DNA from: Raillietiella orientalis
Taxonomy: Eukaryota
Assembly (NCBI GenBank): GCA_036172245.1
Contig: JAYWIR010000021.1
Coordinates: forward strand, 1,178,001 to 1,242,000
Length of the DNA stretch: 64,000 nucleotides
Reading direction: 5' to 3'
The translations under genes were made by a program, and so were the position numbers. Numbering within the stretch: the stretch's first letter is position 1; every line of letters starts with the position of its first letter. Under the pieces are notes generated by a model. It did no database searches, was not told where the DNA came from, and was given only the letters and a program-made list of their open reading frames with translations. Positions 10,600 through 23,469 of the stretch are shown here, one piece after another.

Positions 10600-13500
10600 G
10601 AGCCATACATTATGCTTGGAAAAAGCAGAAGGGCCACTGCGGTGCCAGAGGTGACTGTGCAGCGAATCCTTCTGCTCCTCGATCAGCTAAGATTTTCATC
10701 CGTTTGAACAGCAAAGGTGCCGAAAGGCTGGGTCCGCACAGCAGCTCGATGAAGCTCCATCTTCCGCTTGTTTCATCTTCAGTGAGGTTCGGGTGCGACG
10801 CGGAACACCTGGAAAAGTTCAGTCCAAAAGGTCCAGCTCTTGCACCTTCGCAAGGGGGAGAACCGGAAGGGTGCGACGAAAACGCTGGTTGCAACCAATC
10901 CGCCGTGGTGCTCGGCACTGCTCGAGGTTGTGCTGCAAGAGCTCACAGTTGAGCAAGTCATCGGCTAGTGAAGGTGGTGAGCACAGACGTGCTGGCAATG
11001 CGAAACTTGCAGCGAAGAACTGGAGCGGTGGGACTGTGGGTGCTTCTAGCCGCAGGAGCTTTGACTGCGTGAGCCGCAGCCTCAGCGACCCGTTAGTGAC
11101 CTTCTGAAGATCCGGTGAAACCTCTTCCTTCCGTATGTGAACATGAGACTGCGAGATGAGCATCTTGAGCCTTCTGCAGATGCAACTGCGTTCTTACAAC
11201 CTTCTACAAAGGAAGAAATTCTAATTTTGGAGAAAATGCGTCGAACTTCTGTAAGAGACAGTGTGCACTTTTGAGCATTCTTGTTTTGAACCCTCCGGGG
11301 CGTCCACAGTGAGCCATGTGCGGTTCCATCTGACGGCACGGGAATCCTCCGACTCAGGAGTCACTATGTCAGTCTCCATTCCCCTGAGCTAGTCCACCTA
11401 CGCCATTGTTCTGGCTGATGAACCCTGCGATCCCTCGGATCTGTTGGATGGGAAAGGCTGTCTGCCGTTCAGGAGGACTCGGAAAGACTCGTGGTGACCA
11501 CTGGTGACCTGCTGAGGTTACGACCTAAGGCGCCCATCCTAGGAACCTGCAGTTTTGCCTCGAAGGAGGAAAGAATGCCGCATCCTTTGAAACAACGGCA
11601 ACAAAACCAGGATCTTCTTCAGCTGGGGTGAGCCTCAACGGTGGCTAGCGTGGCTGCATGAACTCCTCCTGGAGGCAGAACCACATGCGTCCCGGAGTCG
11701 CCAGTCCCGATACTCAGGGATCGAGAAGTTCTATCAGACGACTAACCTTCCTCCAATGTTTACAAGTCCCCTTGAATTGTCAAGAACTCTGGAAGACCGG
11801 GGGAGCCCTTCCCGGATCGATGATGATCCCATCTGTTCTTTGTTGGAACATTCCAGAAATCGTTCGGAGGCATCTCATCAGACCCTCTGCTCTTTCAATG
11901 GGAAAAACGAAGCAACTCAGAGGTTGTCTTCATGGACTGAGGTGACGGGCCTGTAAAATGCACATCAAGCAGGTCTTCTTGTAGCTTCCCTGCAGGAAGG
12001 CAGTTTTTCACAGGACTCCTCCTGTGAAAAACTGAAAGCAGATGCACAGGTGAGCTGGAGGGAAAACGTTCATTGCTGGTCCTGATCAACGTGGATGTGA
12101 GAGTACTTTTCTCCGGAAGACGCCAAGCAAGGGGTGATTCTTCCGCAGCAGAAGCGACGTCGACGGCGGGGAGAAGAGCGGTGACGATTTGAGTGATCTC
12201 GCGGGTGCGAAATGCTCACAAGCTGGTCCACTCACTTCTACTGATGCATCTCCTCGTTCTGCTCAGCTACCTTTGGAAACCATGTGGGCTGGTGGCTAAC
12301 GATTCTGCTCGTCTCCACCTCTCCTGGTGTCAACATCAGGACTAAAAGACGGCGGACTCTTCCTGGACTCTCTGCGATTGAGCGGGTGGGAGGAAACAAA
12401 CCGATGTCCGTTTCTGAGGACCAGAACGAGGCAAAGCAGACGTGAACTCGCTGTCTGGAGTCTCCGTGGACTGCTTTGCTTAAAACGGGTTGCCGAGGGC
12501 TTCAGCAAGACTTGGATGCGAGGAGCGGAGCCTAGAATCTGAGCCGTGGATCACCACCCCTCAATCGACCAGGAAACGGTACTCTTCACCCCTTGGTTTC
12601 TCGAAACGGGAAACAAAAGCTTGCGTAGACGGCAACGAGGAGGGTGGGTCCTAGAGTCCTTCGTCTCACTCGCATAGCAACGAAGTTGCTCTTTCGTGCG
12701 GTTTCCCAGCTGTCCAGGATCCCCTTTTCTCCTCGCAGCGAGGGGAAAGATCCTCTTGTTGCACGCGGCGTCATCACGAGGGCTCGACCCAGACCAGGAG
12801 ATGAGTCCGTCGACCAGGCGACTACGCACCTGAGTTGCCTGGTTCACGAGCGCCAGTCCCGGAGCAGTTTGTCTTCTCGACGACCAAGGCCAAGGATGCT
12901 CGGCCCCAGCCGACGTGAGCCGAGCTGCCAGGCGCCGCCACGGCTCGAGAGCACCGACGCAGGGCAGTCGATCTGAGACGCCCCCGCCGTCGACGAGGAG
13001 CCACACGTGTATCTCGACGATCCCTCCGCGATGGAGGGGGGTCTCTTCCGCTCCATAGCGGGACTTCAGGCACGGAAGGTACACCCAGCATCTAGCGATG
13101 GCCTGCCTGCGGGTTTTGTCCGGTGCCTCGCAGCTGAGCTCCTCCCCTTGGAGCTCAGCCTCTCGGCGCTGATGAGGGAGACGGGAGATGTTGTGCCTGC
13201 CTGCCTCCTCCTTCCGCTACGTGAACGCGCGTCTTCTGTCGAAGGGAGGAGTGCTTCGTCATCTGAGCGAGTGGCGTCCGGTCACCTTGGAGAATCAGGG
13301 CGTCACGCTGCTCCCGAAGCTGCGGCTAGGAGAGGTTGAGGAGGTCGTGGTCAGCCAGGAGAGGACTCCTTCTGATCCCAGACGGTCCGTGGATGTCAGC
13401 CTCCTTCTCGCGCGCATCTAGCTTCCTCATCAGGATCGGATTGCTGGGATGGTTGCTCAGCAGAGAGAGCTGCAGCCGACCACACGCCTAAACTGTTGAC

Positions 13501-13600
13501 AGCTTGCAGCCTTGGAGGTTGCAGTGGATCTCCGTGGGCTGTTTGACTCCTCCAACAAGGAACTCCTCCTGGACCTTGCAGAACGCCTCGAGCTCCCGAC
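10600..13600 (-). mobile_element. R2-like (RLE) non-LTR retrotransposon N-terminal remnants (C2H2 fingers plus Myb-like), probably two copies
   Basis: Frameshifted CQQFRRVVG....NHP then RTVWDQKE-SLLLA at about 13520-13340; QECSK../FLCRR../ASFALPA..AHHL then GRWSFIELL at about 11290-10740. Confidence 0.45.
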
Positions 13601-13839
13601 TCACCCTCTCGTCAACCGGCGCTTACACAGGCGCGACGCGATCACGAATTCATGTTTCAGCGGCTGTCACGTGTGACTTCAGTCGGTCACTCCCCAGGGC
13701 GTTTATTGTGAGGAATGAGCAACATGAAATTCAGAACAGAACATTCGAATAACAAAAACAGCTTCCTTTCGCAATGGGATTGCAATCCCACTGCGTTGTT
13801 CACCTGGTTTCCGCTTCAGGATCTCGTTGCGCTGGGATG

Positions 13840-14200
13840 GTTGCGAAACCGGATGCCCCCGTTGACTGGCCGGGGATGCAGGAAGTTGACCCGTCGGCGC
13901 CCTTCCAGGAATCAAAGAGTCCTTCGGGGTTTTCTCCCCCTCCGGTTCTGAAAGGGGAGCCGTGCCATGGAGCAGGTCAATACCCCCCTTGTCCAGAGTG
14001 TCATGGAGAGCGCTGCTCCCTTCGGAGAGTGTCCCTTCGGGGTTCTCTTCAGAGGAGTTCAGACAAGGAAAAGTTCCCTTGCGGGTTCCATCTGGAGTAG
14101 GAATGAGGAGCGATCCCCTCCAGGGCACCCTTCCGGAGCGAAACAGGAAGAGGCGGGGTTCCTTCGAGGTTCCCTCCCAAGCTTAAGGGGTCTCCTCATC
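13840..14200 (+). mobile_element. Family A LINE ORF1-tail fragment
   Basis: Direct nucleotide similarity to 5910-6330 (CCGGATGCCCCCGTTGACTGG...CCTTCCAGGAATCAA...GAAAGGGGAGCCGT). Confidence 0.85.
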
Positions 14201-14449
14201 CTCCTTCGGTAAGGGGTTCTCCCTCCCTATGCTGCCTCTCGAACAGGATTAAAGAGCAAGAGACGGCCCTGTGGGAGCGGGGAAGGGCGCGTCCAGACAA
14301 GCGGTCGGACCTCCAGGACGCGCCAGAAAAGTTCCCTCCTCCTCCCTTCCCGAACGATGCCGCTCCGGACCAAGGGCAAAGGGTAAACATCATCCTTACG
14401 TTCGCTTCCGTTACTCGGCGACGGGATCATTCCCGAAGTGTACGCGCGT

Positions 14450-15510
14450 GCGTGCCTTTTCGGTCCATCCTGGCAGCCTCCTCCTCGCCAGAGAGATGCG
14501 ATGGCAGCGGCGGCGGCGGACGGGATGGCAAGTTCTCTGGACCTCGAACCCGGACTCTCGAGCGTCCGGCATTCCTTTAGCGGGATCGCAGCAACCACCG
14601 CCGGCCGTTGCCGGGACAACTTTCCTCGCATCTCGCGATCAAACTCTGCTTTCGCGAGCCCGGTTCGCGCCAGCGACGATCCGGACATTAAGGGAATTAG
14701 AAGGACAGTATCCCGGCTCCTCTCCCCAGGATGCTTGGATTAATGACAAATGACGCCAGGAATTTACAGCTGTGTGCTGCTAGGCAGCGCTGCAAATCCG
14801 CAATCGCGCGCGCTGTTCAGCAAATCGCGAGTTATTCCCGGTGATCCCCAACGATCTCCCCGAATTCCTCTTCGTCTTTTCCCCCCCATTAAGCACATTA
14901 TCTAGAACTTCCTGGAATATAGGTAATGTTCGATCCCGTCCCTTGGATGACTCGGAAGAAAACACACATCATTCACTTCGCTCCTTGCCTGAAGATTAAA
15001 AGCGGGATTAAGGGAGGACTCGAAGTTTCCCCCCTGCCGGGCACGGCCCCCATTCGGACTCGGTTCTCCATGGTTACGAGATGATCGTTCGCTGGCAGAT
15101 TAATGAGATCACCGCTGCAGCTTACGGAAACTGGGGACCGGAACTCCCCGTCTTCGCCGACTCGATGGGCTTCTCTTCCCCTCCCCCATGCGCGACGGAC
15201 TCCCCCCAGCCGTCTTTTTCCTTAGGAGGACTCTCCCACAGAGGGAGGGATCCCCCTCCGTTTCCGTTCGGAGGCAGCGGCGAGGAGCTCCCGCGAGCCG
15301 GGGAAACCAGGACCGATTGGGCGCGCCCTGCTAGTCCGAGTGGCACCGGGATGGCTCGCCATCCAAGGATGCCAGCGCACTCTGGGAACGAAAAAGAAGG
15401 GAGTGGTACTTAGACGACCCCGTTTGGCACCACGTCGAGGGGGGAGAGACGGGCACAGAAGTATGGGCTCTCTTGAAAGCAGGGTTGCCAGCCTTTTGTG
15501 AGAACCAGCC
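14450..15510 (-). mobile_element. Gypsy-like reverse transcriptase remnant
   Basis: Ordered decayed motifs PAFKRAHTSVP, HSD*QGAP (cf. S.WAAP), ISLICQRT (cf. SxLDL), PIFQEVLDNVLNG (cf. PAIFQ..MD.IL.G), PAVVAAI. Confidence 0.5.
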
Positions 15511-16949
15511 TTCGTCCCGCCCCGGCGCCAATCTTCGTCCTCTTCGAAGAAAGCAGAGCAGAGCTTCTACCCTTTAAAAAAGAAAAAAAAAAAAGTTTAT
15601 CCTGCGAGGGTCTCCGAAAGAATTCCGGAGAAATCTACGCCGCCACCTCCCTCCTGTCGCATCCCCGCAGAGTGATTTCTTCGAGGTTATCTAGAGCTGC
15701 AGACTCTAGGACTTCATCTTCCTCCTTTTTCCTCTTTTCTCCTCTCCGTTTAATTCCCAGGAGCGCCACCTGTGCTGACGCATTGCGCGACAGCCGCGCA
15801 TCCTGATATTCACTAGGGGTCACTTCGGGGTCAGCTGCTGTTTTAGACGTGAACGCTTTCTATAGCCTTCTCGCTCGGTCCACCCGTCCCCTTAACCCAC
15901 CCCTTCCTCGCCGCCTGCCATCAAGAAGATCCGCCTTCTTATTCGAAATGGCTCACCCGCTTTCCAAGTTGCAGCCTCTCCTCACAAGGATCGGTACGAC
16001 GCGCGTATCCTTGGAGATCCTCCGAAAAACTCCCAAAGATGTCACCCCGAACGGAGTCGAGTTGGACTGCGCTACAGACTCGCCTGTGACGTCTGCGCCG
16101 GATGCTGCTGTGGACCAGCGGCATAGGATAAGCCATGCCCTTGGCTGGTTCGGTATGCCACGTTCTCCCTTTCAACTGCTGCCGAAGATGCGCACCCTAG
16201 AGTCCCGTTCAGGACAATCCGGAGATGTTCGCTTTCCTCGTCGTTCCTGTACCTTGCCCTGCCAGAATCTCTACTCGAACTGCTCCTGGAACGCTTCACC
16301 TCGCAAGGTCATCAATAGAGTGGGGACGGTGTGCCGCTTCCTCCCTCAGCGCCGTCCCCTGAGCTCCCTCCGTCATTCGGTCATCCTGTCCGCGGGCACT
16401 CTCAACACGCAAGGGCAGCGTGCAGCCTCTTGAGCACTCCGGAATGAGGCGCAAGCAGGTGCTCTTGAGCACCTCCTCAGTTCTGAGGTCCTCTGGATTC
16501 TGTCCGTCTCTTCGCCTGAGTCTTCAACAAGCTTCGCCCACGGCGAAGGGTCGAGGGACCGTCAGGACCCACATTCGGTAGACCTACAACCCGGCAGACG
16601 TCTTGTCTGTAGCGATCTCTTAGGGAGTGCTGTAGTCGGGAGCAGCTCCTCTACTGCTGCCTTTGGCTCTCTCCGGTTGGAGTATCCTTAGCCTCCTATA
16701 GGGCAGGAAACCTGGAGGCAACCCAGGTACGAGGAGGAACGTTTAAGAAGGCAATCTCCTTGCTCCAGGGGGCGCCTGTCGAGGTTCGCCTCCCGTGCCA
16801 CCTCGAAAGAACCTCCCCGAAAAGAAATGGCAAAGGGATGGCGAGGTGCTCTCGCTAGGGAGATCGAAGGAAGGATCCTCGGGAACGGCCTGCAAGCAAA
16901 AGACGCAGGAAGACGGCAGGACAAAAGATGAGGCTGAAGGAAAGAGATG

Positions 16950-17450
16950 GTCATCGATCACCGTCGCACACCCCAAGAAGACGCCATGGGGCAGTTTCCA
17001 TAGATCCGAAATTCCTCTCCCCAAACCGCGCTTTCTCTCAGGAGCCTCTCCTACCCTCTGGGGCTCCAGACTGTTGGTTTTGAGGGAGGATGCAGGTGTA
17101 GCCTCATTTCAGATCTGGTACTGGTTGTCAGATTAAGGAGCTAGTGCTGTTTTCCCTCCAGCCTCCACCTCGAGCGAAGCGTCGCTGCGCGCGGGGTGCC
17201 GGGGTTTCCACCTACTCGTGGCCGCTGCCCTTCTGTGAAGTCCTGAGGCTGTGGCCCTTCCCTGCTGAAGAACAACCGCTGCTGACCGACGAACTCGGAG
17301 GGATGGTGGCGGGTGACCGTCGACGCCAGAAGCGCTGTTAACATAGAGCCATCCCGGAAATTTCTGTCCCCTGTCCATTCAGGCTTTTTCCCCAGGCTCT
17401 CACCCAAGAGCAAATGTGCTCACCTGTCTTCGCAGCGCTCAGTTGCCATC
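16950..17450 (+). mobile_element. Possible LINE ORF1 remnant
   Basis: GMVAGDRRRQ...AIPE...SPKSKCAH resembles Tx1-type ORF1; weak. Confidence 0.25.
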
Positions 17451-17643
17451 CTTCTCCTAACCCTTCGCGTATTGGACTTTGCCGCAGAATCTACCAGCGA
17501 AGACCCCCTGGAGCCTTCTCAGCATCCGGTAGCCTCTCTCAGAGAAGAGCTTGCAGAATGAGAATCCTCGATACTCTGGATGAGAGCGGAAGATCCGATG
17601 TCTCAGTCGATGCTGCTGGACCCTCCCTGCTGCCTCTGGACTC

Positions 17644-18023
17644 GACGACGTTCCCACGGCGATGAAGCATCATCAGCCTGGAGGACGCCGAAGGACACGC
17701 GCGCACGTCCTCTGCCCCCCTGCTCTTCCTCCTGCTTCCCTCCGGCGAAATCTGGATTTTACCGCCGTCCCTCTCCGGAAAGAACCCTCGAGCTTCTAAG
17801 AAATGATTGGGAAGAGCGCCAGAGCGTGGCCCGCGCGTACATGGTCCAGCTCTCGAAAAGCCCCTGCTTCCAGGGAAGGGAGGAGCACGGTAAGGGGAAA
17901 GGGGGACAACTGTCTTCACATCCTCCTCTCCTGCGTTTCCAGGGATGCTCCAGATGTCCTGCCTACGTTCCTGCGAGGCGGCGACCATTCCTGACGCCAC
18001 CTCGGGTTTTTTTCTTTTTGCTG
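17644..18023 (+). repeat. Left arm of 380-bp inverted repeat (LINE C-terminal-like sequence)
   Basis: Reverse complement of 19383-19762 with scattered substitutions; both arms encode GKGD..LHILLSC. Confidence 0.95.
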
Positions 18024-18949
18024 GACCTGTGCTTGACCTCTACGACGAGGCTCTATGAAGGGGCTCCACTTCCTTTTCCTCCCCCACCATCAGTGCCTCC
18101 GACTCCCATTTCTCCCTCTTCTGACATTCCGATCCTTCTCTGGCTGGCCATCCTTGCCTTCAGAAGTGGCTGCGACGCTCTTCCCGGCGCCTTTGTCTCG
18201 ACCGCGCGCCCTCCTCTCTCTCCTCTCCGAGCCACCGGTCGTCCACCAAAGCCCACACTGCTCGTTCGGCTTGCGCTTCGGTGGTCATCCGTGCGGTTTT
18301 CCAGTCATACGGCTTCCGGCATCTTCAGCCCTGAGGCGGCGCTCCGGCTCGCCACTTTCCGGCTTCCCAACCGCCCCTCCTCCAGGGAGGAACGCCTTCT
18401 GGGGCTTTACAGCGGCCGGCCATAAGAATAATGGAAACACAAAGAGAAAGGAGAAAGAGGAATGGCAGGTGGAACGGTGACCCATTGACGGGGGCGTGGA
18501 GGGTGGACGGGAGCCAGCAATTCGGTCCTTCTGCGGACCACCCGCATGTGCGGAGTGGGAGCGAGCTTCCAGGTGGCGCTGTTGCAGCTGGTCCTCCCTT
18601 TTCCTCCTCGGAGGACGTGAGAGCCGTCCGGGCGAAGCCGGGAGCGAGCGACCAGAGGTCGCTGGTCAGGAACCGTTTGGTCCCAGCTTGCTTTCGGGTG
18701 CTTCAGACACTGCAAGGGAGGCAAAGACGCGGATCCTCCTCCACTTTTCAGAGTCGGGGTTCTCTCCAAGAGCCGTCCGGGTTTTCTGTTGCGGCCGTGA
18801 ACTGAAAATGGTTCCAGGAGTGGTTGTGTTCTGCTGACCACCATGAATGCCGGCAATGGCACTCCCTTGCTGGAGTGCTGCCAACGGCGCTGTTCTGGTG
18901 AGAATTTCTCTTTATTTCGAGCTCCTCCCTCTCTAATCCAGTCCCGCCT

Positions 18950-19270
18950 CGGAAGGAGGTCCCTGGAAGCGCGGGAAGCGACTGGAAGTGGCCCGCGTCG
19001 TAGCACCGCCTGTGGCACATCTTCGAATCATGCGGCAGGTCCTTGCATCGCCGATAAGGAACGAGTAGCGGAGGCTGAGGGAGTTCTTCCTCTTTGTGGG
19101 AACCCCGCAGGGAAGACCCTGTAGGGTTGCCACAGGAGGGGCTGGGAAAAGGGGGGGATGTCGGAAAGAGCCAGATGCCACACGGGAACGAGGACCCATC
19201 GCCCCGTTTGTAACCGTCTTCCTGGGCGGTAAGGGGTTCGCCTTGGGCAGTCTACACCACCTCTCCCATC
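18950..19270 (+). mobile_element. Possible R2-like CCHC plus RLE endonuclease remnant
   Basis: TACGTSSNHAAGPC (H-x4-C) followed by RKEPDATRERGPIAPFVTV (cf. RKPD....G..A.I.DVTV). Confidence 0.35.
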
Positions 19271-19382
19271 CCTCTTCTCCCCTCCCCTTTTCTTCCTTCC
19301 AGGAAAAGGCAATCGCGGCTGTTGGATGAGTCCACGGACGAGAAGCGCATTTTCCTCCTAAAGCGACGGCGGGTGTATTCTT

Positions 19383-19762
19383 CAGCAAAAAGAAAAACCC
19401 CCGAAGCGGCATGAGGAATGGTCGCCGCCGCGCAGGAACGTAGGCAGGACATTTGGAGCCTCCTTGGAAACGCAGGAGAGGAGGATGTGAAGATAGTCGT
19501 CCCCTTTTCCCCTCACCGTGCTCCTCCCTTCCCTGGAAGCAGGGGCTTTTCGAGAGCTGGACCGTGCACGCGCGGGCCACGCTCCGGCGCTCCGCCCAAG
19601 CATCTCTTGGAAGCTCGAGGGCTCTTTCCGGAGAGGGACGGCGGCAAAATCCAGGGTTCGCCGGAGGGAAGCAGGAGGAAGAGCAGGGGGGCAGAGGACG
19701 TGCGCTCGTGTCCCTCGGCGTCCTCGAGGCTGCGGATGCACCGTCGCCGTGGGAACGTCGTC
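19383..19762 (-). repeat. Right arm of 380-bp inverted repeat
   Basis: Reverse complement of 17644-18023. Confidence 0.95.
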
Positions 19763-20849
19763 TCTCGAAGCCGATGCGCGTGCAGCGGCCGGGAGGGAGA
19801 GAACGAAGCCGAGCAAGAGGCATGGAGAGAAAGCAACAGGAAGCGGAAATTGAAACAGGGAAGCCCCCGTTGGGGTCGTCTTCAGCGACTCTTTTTCCTT
19901 CCTTTCTTTCTTTTCCTCCCCCCTTCCACTTCCCCTCCCCTCCCCCTTGTCGCTTCTCCCGCGCTCGCCGCGCGCGCGCTTTTTCCCTACGTCACGCACG
20001 TCTCTCCGACCGGATCGGCCAATGGAACACGCCCGCTGAGGACAATCGTCGCCGTCTCCTCTTCGAGCTTGGTGACAAGGGCAACGGGGAAGGGAAGGGG
20101 GGGGGGGGAAGAGGAGGAAGAGGGCGCGCACGCGCGCCGGTTCGCCACGACGGCGCTCTGGCAGCGGGCGAGAAGGAAGCAGCAGCGGCTGGAACCTCCC
20201 GGCGGCGTCCGTCCGAGGACCGGACGCAGCAGAGCGAACCAACCCTTTGCTGCAGGACGCGATCGATGCGAGCGCGCGGAGATTCCCCGATGAAAAATGG
20301 CGTCCTGACACCGCGCTTACCTCGGGCAATTAGGAGGAACACGAATGGCAAAAAGGGACCGCGGAGGAAACGTTTAATGACGGCGAGGAGGATTCGCGGA
20401 GCGGGAGCGCACAGGGGAAGCGGTCGGGATGGCAACCGGGAACGGAGGTAGAAGAGCGGCGCCTTCCTCCACTCGCGAGGAACGGGCGCCAATAAAAGCA
20501 TTATTTATTGTGCTTGCCAAGGTTCCTCCGCGCAATAAAAAAGGATTTATCGGAGGGATAAGTCCCTGAGAAAATAATAAGGGAAATGGAAGTTTGGGAC
20601 CGGAGGAGAAAACGGGAAGGCCGGGGGAAGCGCAAAGAAAAAAAAAAAAGAGGTAGGAGAGGAGGAAGAAACGAATCCCAGGAATCGCCTCCCTCCCTTC
20701 CCCTCCCGATCTGGCCGAAGAGCAGCCCGCATCTGGTCCGACGAGGAGACCCGGGAAACGCGGAGAAGCGGCAGCACACGCCGGTTTCAGGGACTCCGCC
20801 CGCCTCCCCCGCAGGATCCTCGCCGTCCGCAACTTCGGCCATCCGTTCG

Positions 20850-23460
20850 TAGATGGCGACGGTTTCGGTTCCCTCCGCGCACAGCTTCTCTCTCGCGGCG
20901 CTGCCCCCCTGCTTTGTTCCACAGGAAGAGGAAGCGGCGCTCGCCAGTGCTCTCCCGCATCCGACCACGGGAGTGGTCGCCGCCGTGAAGTGGACAAACG
21001 CTCACGAGGTAACACAGACACGGACTCTGGTTGGGGGGTCCCCCTCTTTTCCCTGCCGGAAGCGCGAGCCCTGGCCTCCGCCTTCTCCGGAGCACCCAAG
21101 GCTGCTGCTGCCAGCGTATCCAAGCAACCTGCATTAGCAGCTCGCGGCTTTCCACGGTTGCTCTCCCGCGGGGACAGCTGCCTCGAGATTTGAAATTCCC
21201 CTCTGGAAGAGGGAAACGCTTGTTTATCTTCGGGGACTCGAACGTGCGCAGAGTTCCCCTTCCGCTACTGTGTGGGGGAGCGCTCTCCAGGATGAACTTC
21301 TCCAGGAAGGGAAAAGCAGGAGAGGTGCCTGAACACCCGTTCGAGCTCCCCTCTTCAGGGTTCCCAGAGGAACAATCTCAACGTCTTTGTGCGCTCCTTC
21401 GTCGATGGACGAAGGGACCCCGTCCAAACATCTCGGGAAGAACAAGCAGAAAGGAGAGGAGAGGGAAGAGCGGATGGGGGGGAGGGAGAAGAAGAGGAGA
21501 AGGAGAGACGGGGAAGCTTTTCTGAGAGATGCCTTGTGTCCAGCCGCAAGACTCCAGGGAGAACCCCGAGATGAAGGACCTGAGAACCTTCTCCGTGGAA
21601 AGGCCGGAACCTTTCGACCAGCAAACCGGAGGGGAAGTCCTCTTTGGCTAGGAAGCTTAATGGGGGAGGCAGCATCCTCCCCTTCCACCCCCCCATCTTC
21701 CAGAAGGCCGCAGGAAGAAGCGCAGCCGCTGCGCTGTCCACGAATCCGGCTCCGCAGCCTCCACACGGCTGCCGGCATCCCTGCTGACGATGGAGACTCG
21801 GAAAAGGTGCCGGGAAAGCGGACCGGGAGTTTGGTGCGCCAGAAGTCCACACTGACCACTCCTGCCCACGGCTCTGCGCTGGTTCCAGCTTCCTCCACCC
21901 GACCTCATCCATCTTCTGCTCGAACGGGACGGTCCGGGGACAGGAGTGCAGGTGAAGAAGGCCTGTGAGAGTACGCTGGTGCCGGCGATCCCCGCACTCT
22001 GAGGACGACAGACGTCGCGAGCTCGAAACGTCCGTTTCACGTCAGCAGCACTGCGACTGCGACAGCCAGCATCCCGGTCCCGGAAAGGGAATGGAAAGAA
22101 AGAACGGGAGGGAGGAACAGAAGATCTCCATCCGCATCGCACAGTCCTCATCCGCCCTCGTCAGCGAGAAGCCACAAGAGCACCGAATCCGCAGCTCCGG
22201 TAAGCTGAGTCTGCGGCTCCGAAGAATTCTTCAAGGCGACCGGCCAGACTGCATCCCTAGGCAGATCGCGTCTCGGCGACCAGAGCCTCCTCCTTTCCCC
22301 CTTTCCAAAAAAAATGCATGCTCGAAGAAGGAAACGCAGTTTGCCTCTCTGTCGACTCCCTGTGGTCCAGCTGTTGCTTGGCCACGCTGGGTCGAATCAC
22401 CAGTGCCAACACGCTCCACACCCGGTTCAGACTGCGAGAGGAAAAGGCCACAGTGCGCCCCCAGAAGCAGCTCGATCCCGCTGTTCGCGCGAGATGCCCC
22501 CCCCCCCCTTCCCGACAAGGGAGCGCTGGCTGTCGCAGTCAATCCCCAATGGACTTTTGGCTGTAGCCACCAGGAGCTCCCTCTGGAGCTGCTGGAGCAG
22601 CTTGGCTTCCTGGCCAGCCTTCTCGGCTACCTGCCGTGGCTCTGTAGGCGCAGAGGAGATAAGGTTCCATCTTCTGCAGCGTTTTGCCCCCGAAGGCCTC
22701 AAGGTCAGACAGGGAGACAGCACAGGCTCGTAAAACAGGACGAAGAGCAGCACTCTTCACCTCGTTCTTCGAGCTGGTGCTGAAGCGCACTGGCCGACCC
22801 TCTGGCCAGTTTCCCGCCCAACCTTCCCCCTGAAGTGTCGAAGGAGTCGGCACTTCTGCTGTTGCTGCTGGAGTCTTCCCTGCAACGCACGCCGACTCCA
22901 CTGGACGCTGGGGAGGGCAAGCAGGTGCGGGGAATCCCTCCCGCACCTGCTTGTGGTCTGCGTTGCCCTCTGGCCCCTTTGGGAATGCTTAGGGGCGATC
23001 TCGGCTGGCACCCCCAGGGACGTTTTACGGCTCCTCTTTGTGCGAGATCCCCTGCAGACAGCCGCTGTATCCCCAGCAGCGCTTTTCTGCATCCGCGGGA
23101 CTGCGGCGGCCTGAAGCGAAGCCGACAGAAGAAAAAACAAGAGGGACACGCAGTGCGCTTTCTGCGGATAGCAGTAGCCAGATGGACGGATCTAACCCGC
23201 ATCCTGGAAAGTATGCAGACTCCCCTCCAATGGACAGTGGTCCCCTCCCGGACCTCCAGATTGATCCTATTTATTTTTATTTATTCTATCATTTTCTTTT
23301 TGTTTCTCCGCTGCCGAGGCGACCGCAGCCGGTCTGCGGATCGGCGAGCCAGGCAGATCCATTGAGGAATTGGCTGAGGTGGGGATCCTTACCCCACCAT
23401 GAAAGTTATAGGTTTATTGTTTCTTTTCAACAAATGCCCCGGCGTAACCGGGTGGCAACG
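20850..23460 (+). mobile_element. L1/Tx1-like LINE ORF2 remnant with 3' end (family A)
   Basis: APE-like FVPQE..TGVVA, LFIFGDSN; RT-like KTPG, RLPASLL (cf. RPISLL), VKKACES (cf. KAFDS); zf-RVT WSLPCNAR...RCGESLPHLLVVCVALWPLW at about 22870-22990; T-rich 3' UTR and terminal hairpin 23438-23452. Confidence 0.75.
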
Positions 23461-23469
23461 CCCAACTCG

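Noticed and set aside
11415..11421. CTGATGA hammerhead core (also 53786 and 57900)
   Set aside because: Could not build stems I-III with a correctly placed GAAA
15850..16700. Cys-containing stretches (LACDVC, CSL...LEHL) possibly zinc-finger relics
   Set aside because: Motifs too incomplete to assign
17644..19762. Inverted repeat as TIRs of a DNA transposon or DIRS element
   Set aside because: No TSD, transposase or tyrosine-recombinase motifs seen; arms look LINE-derived
21225..21260. FIFGDSNV as an SGNH/GDSL esterase motif
   Set aside because: Position upstream of RT and after QE/GV motifs fits the APE GDFN motif better
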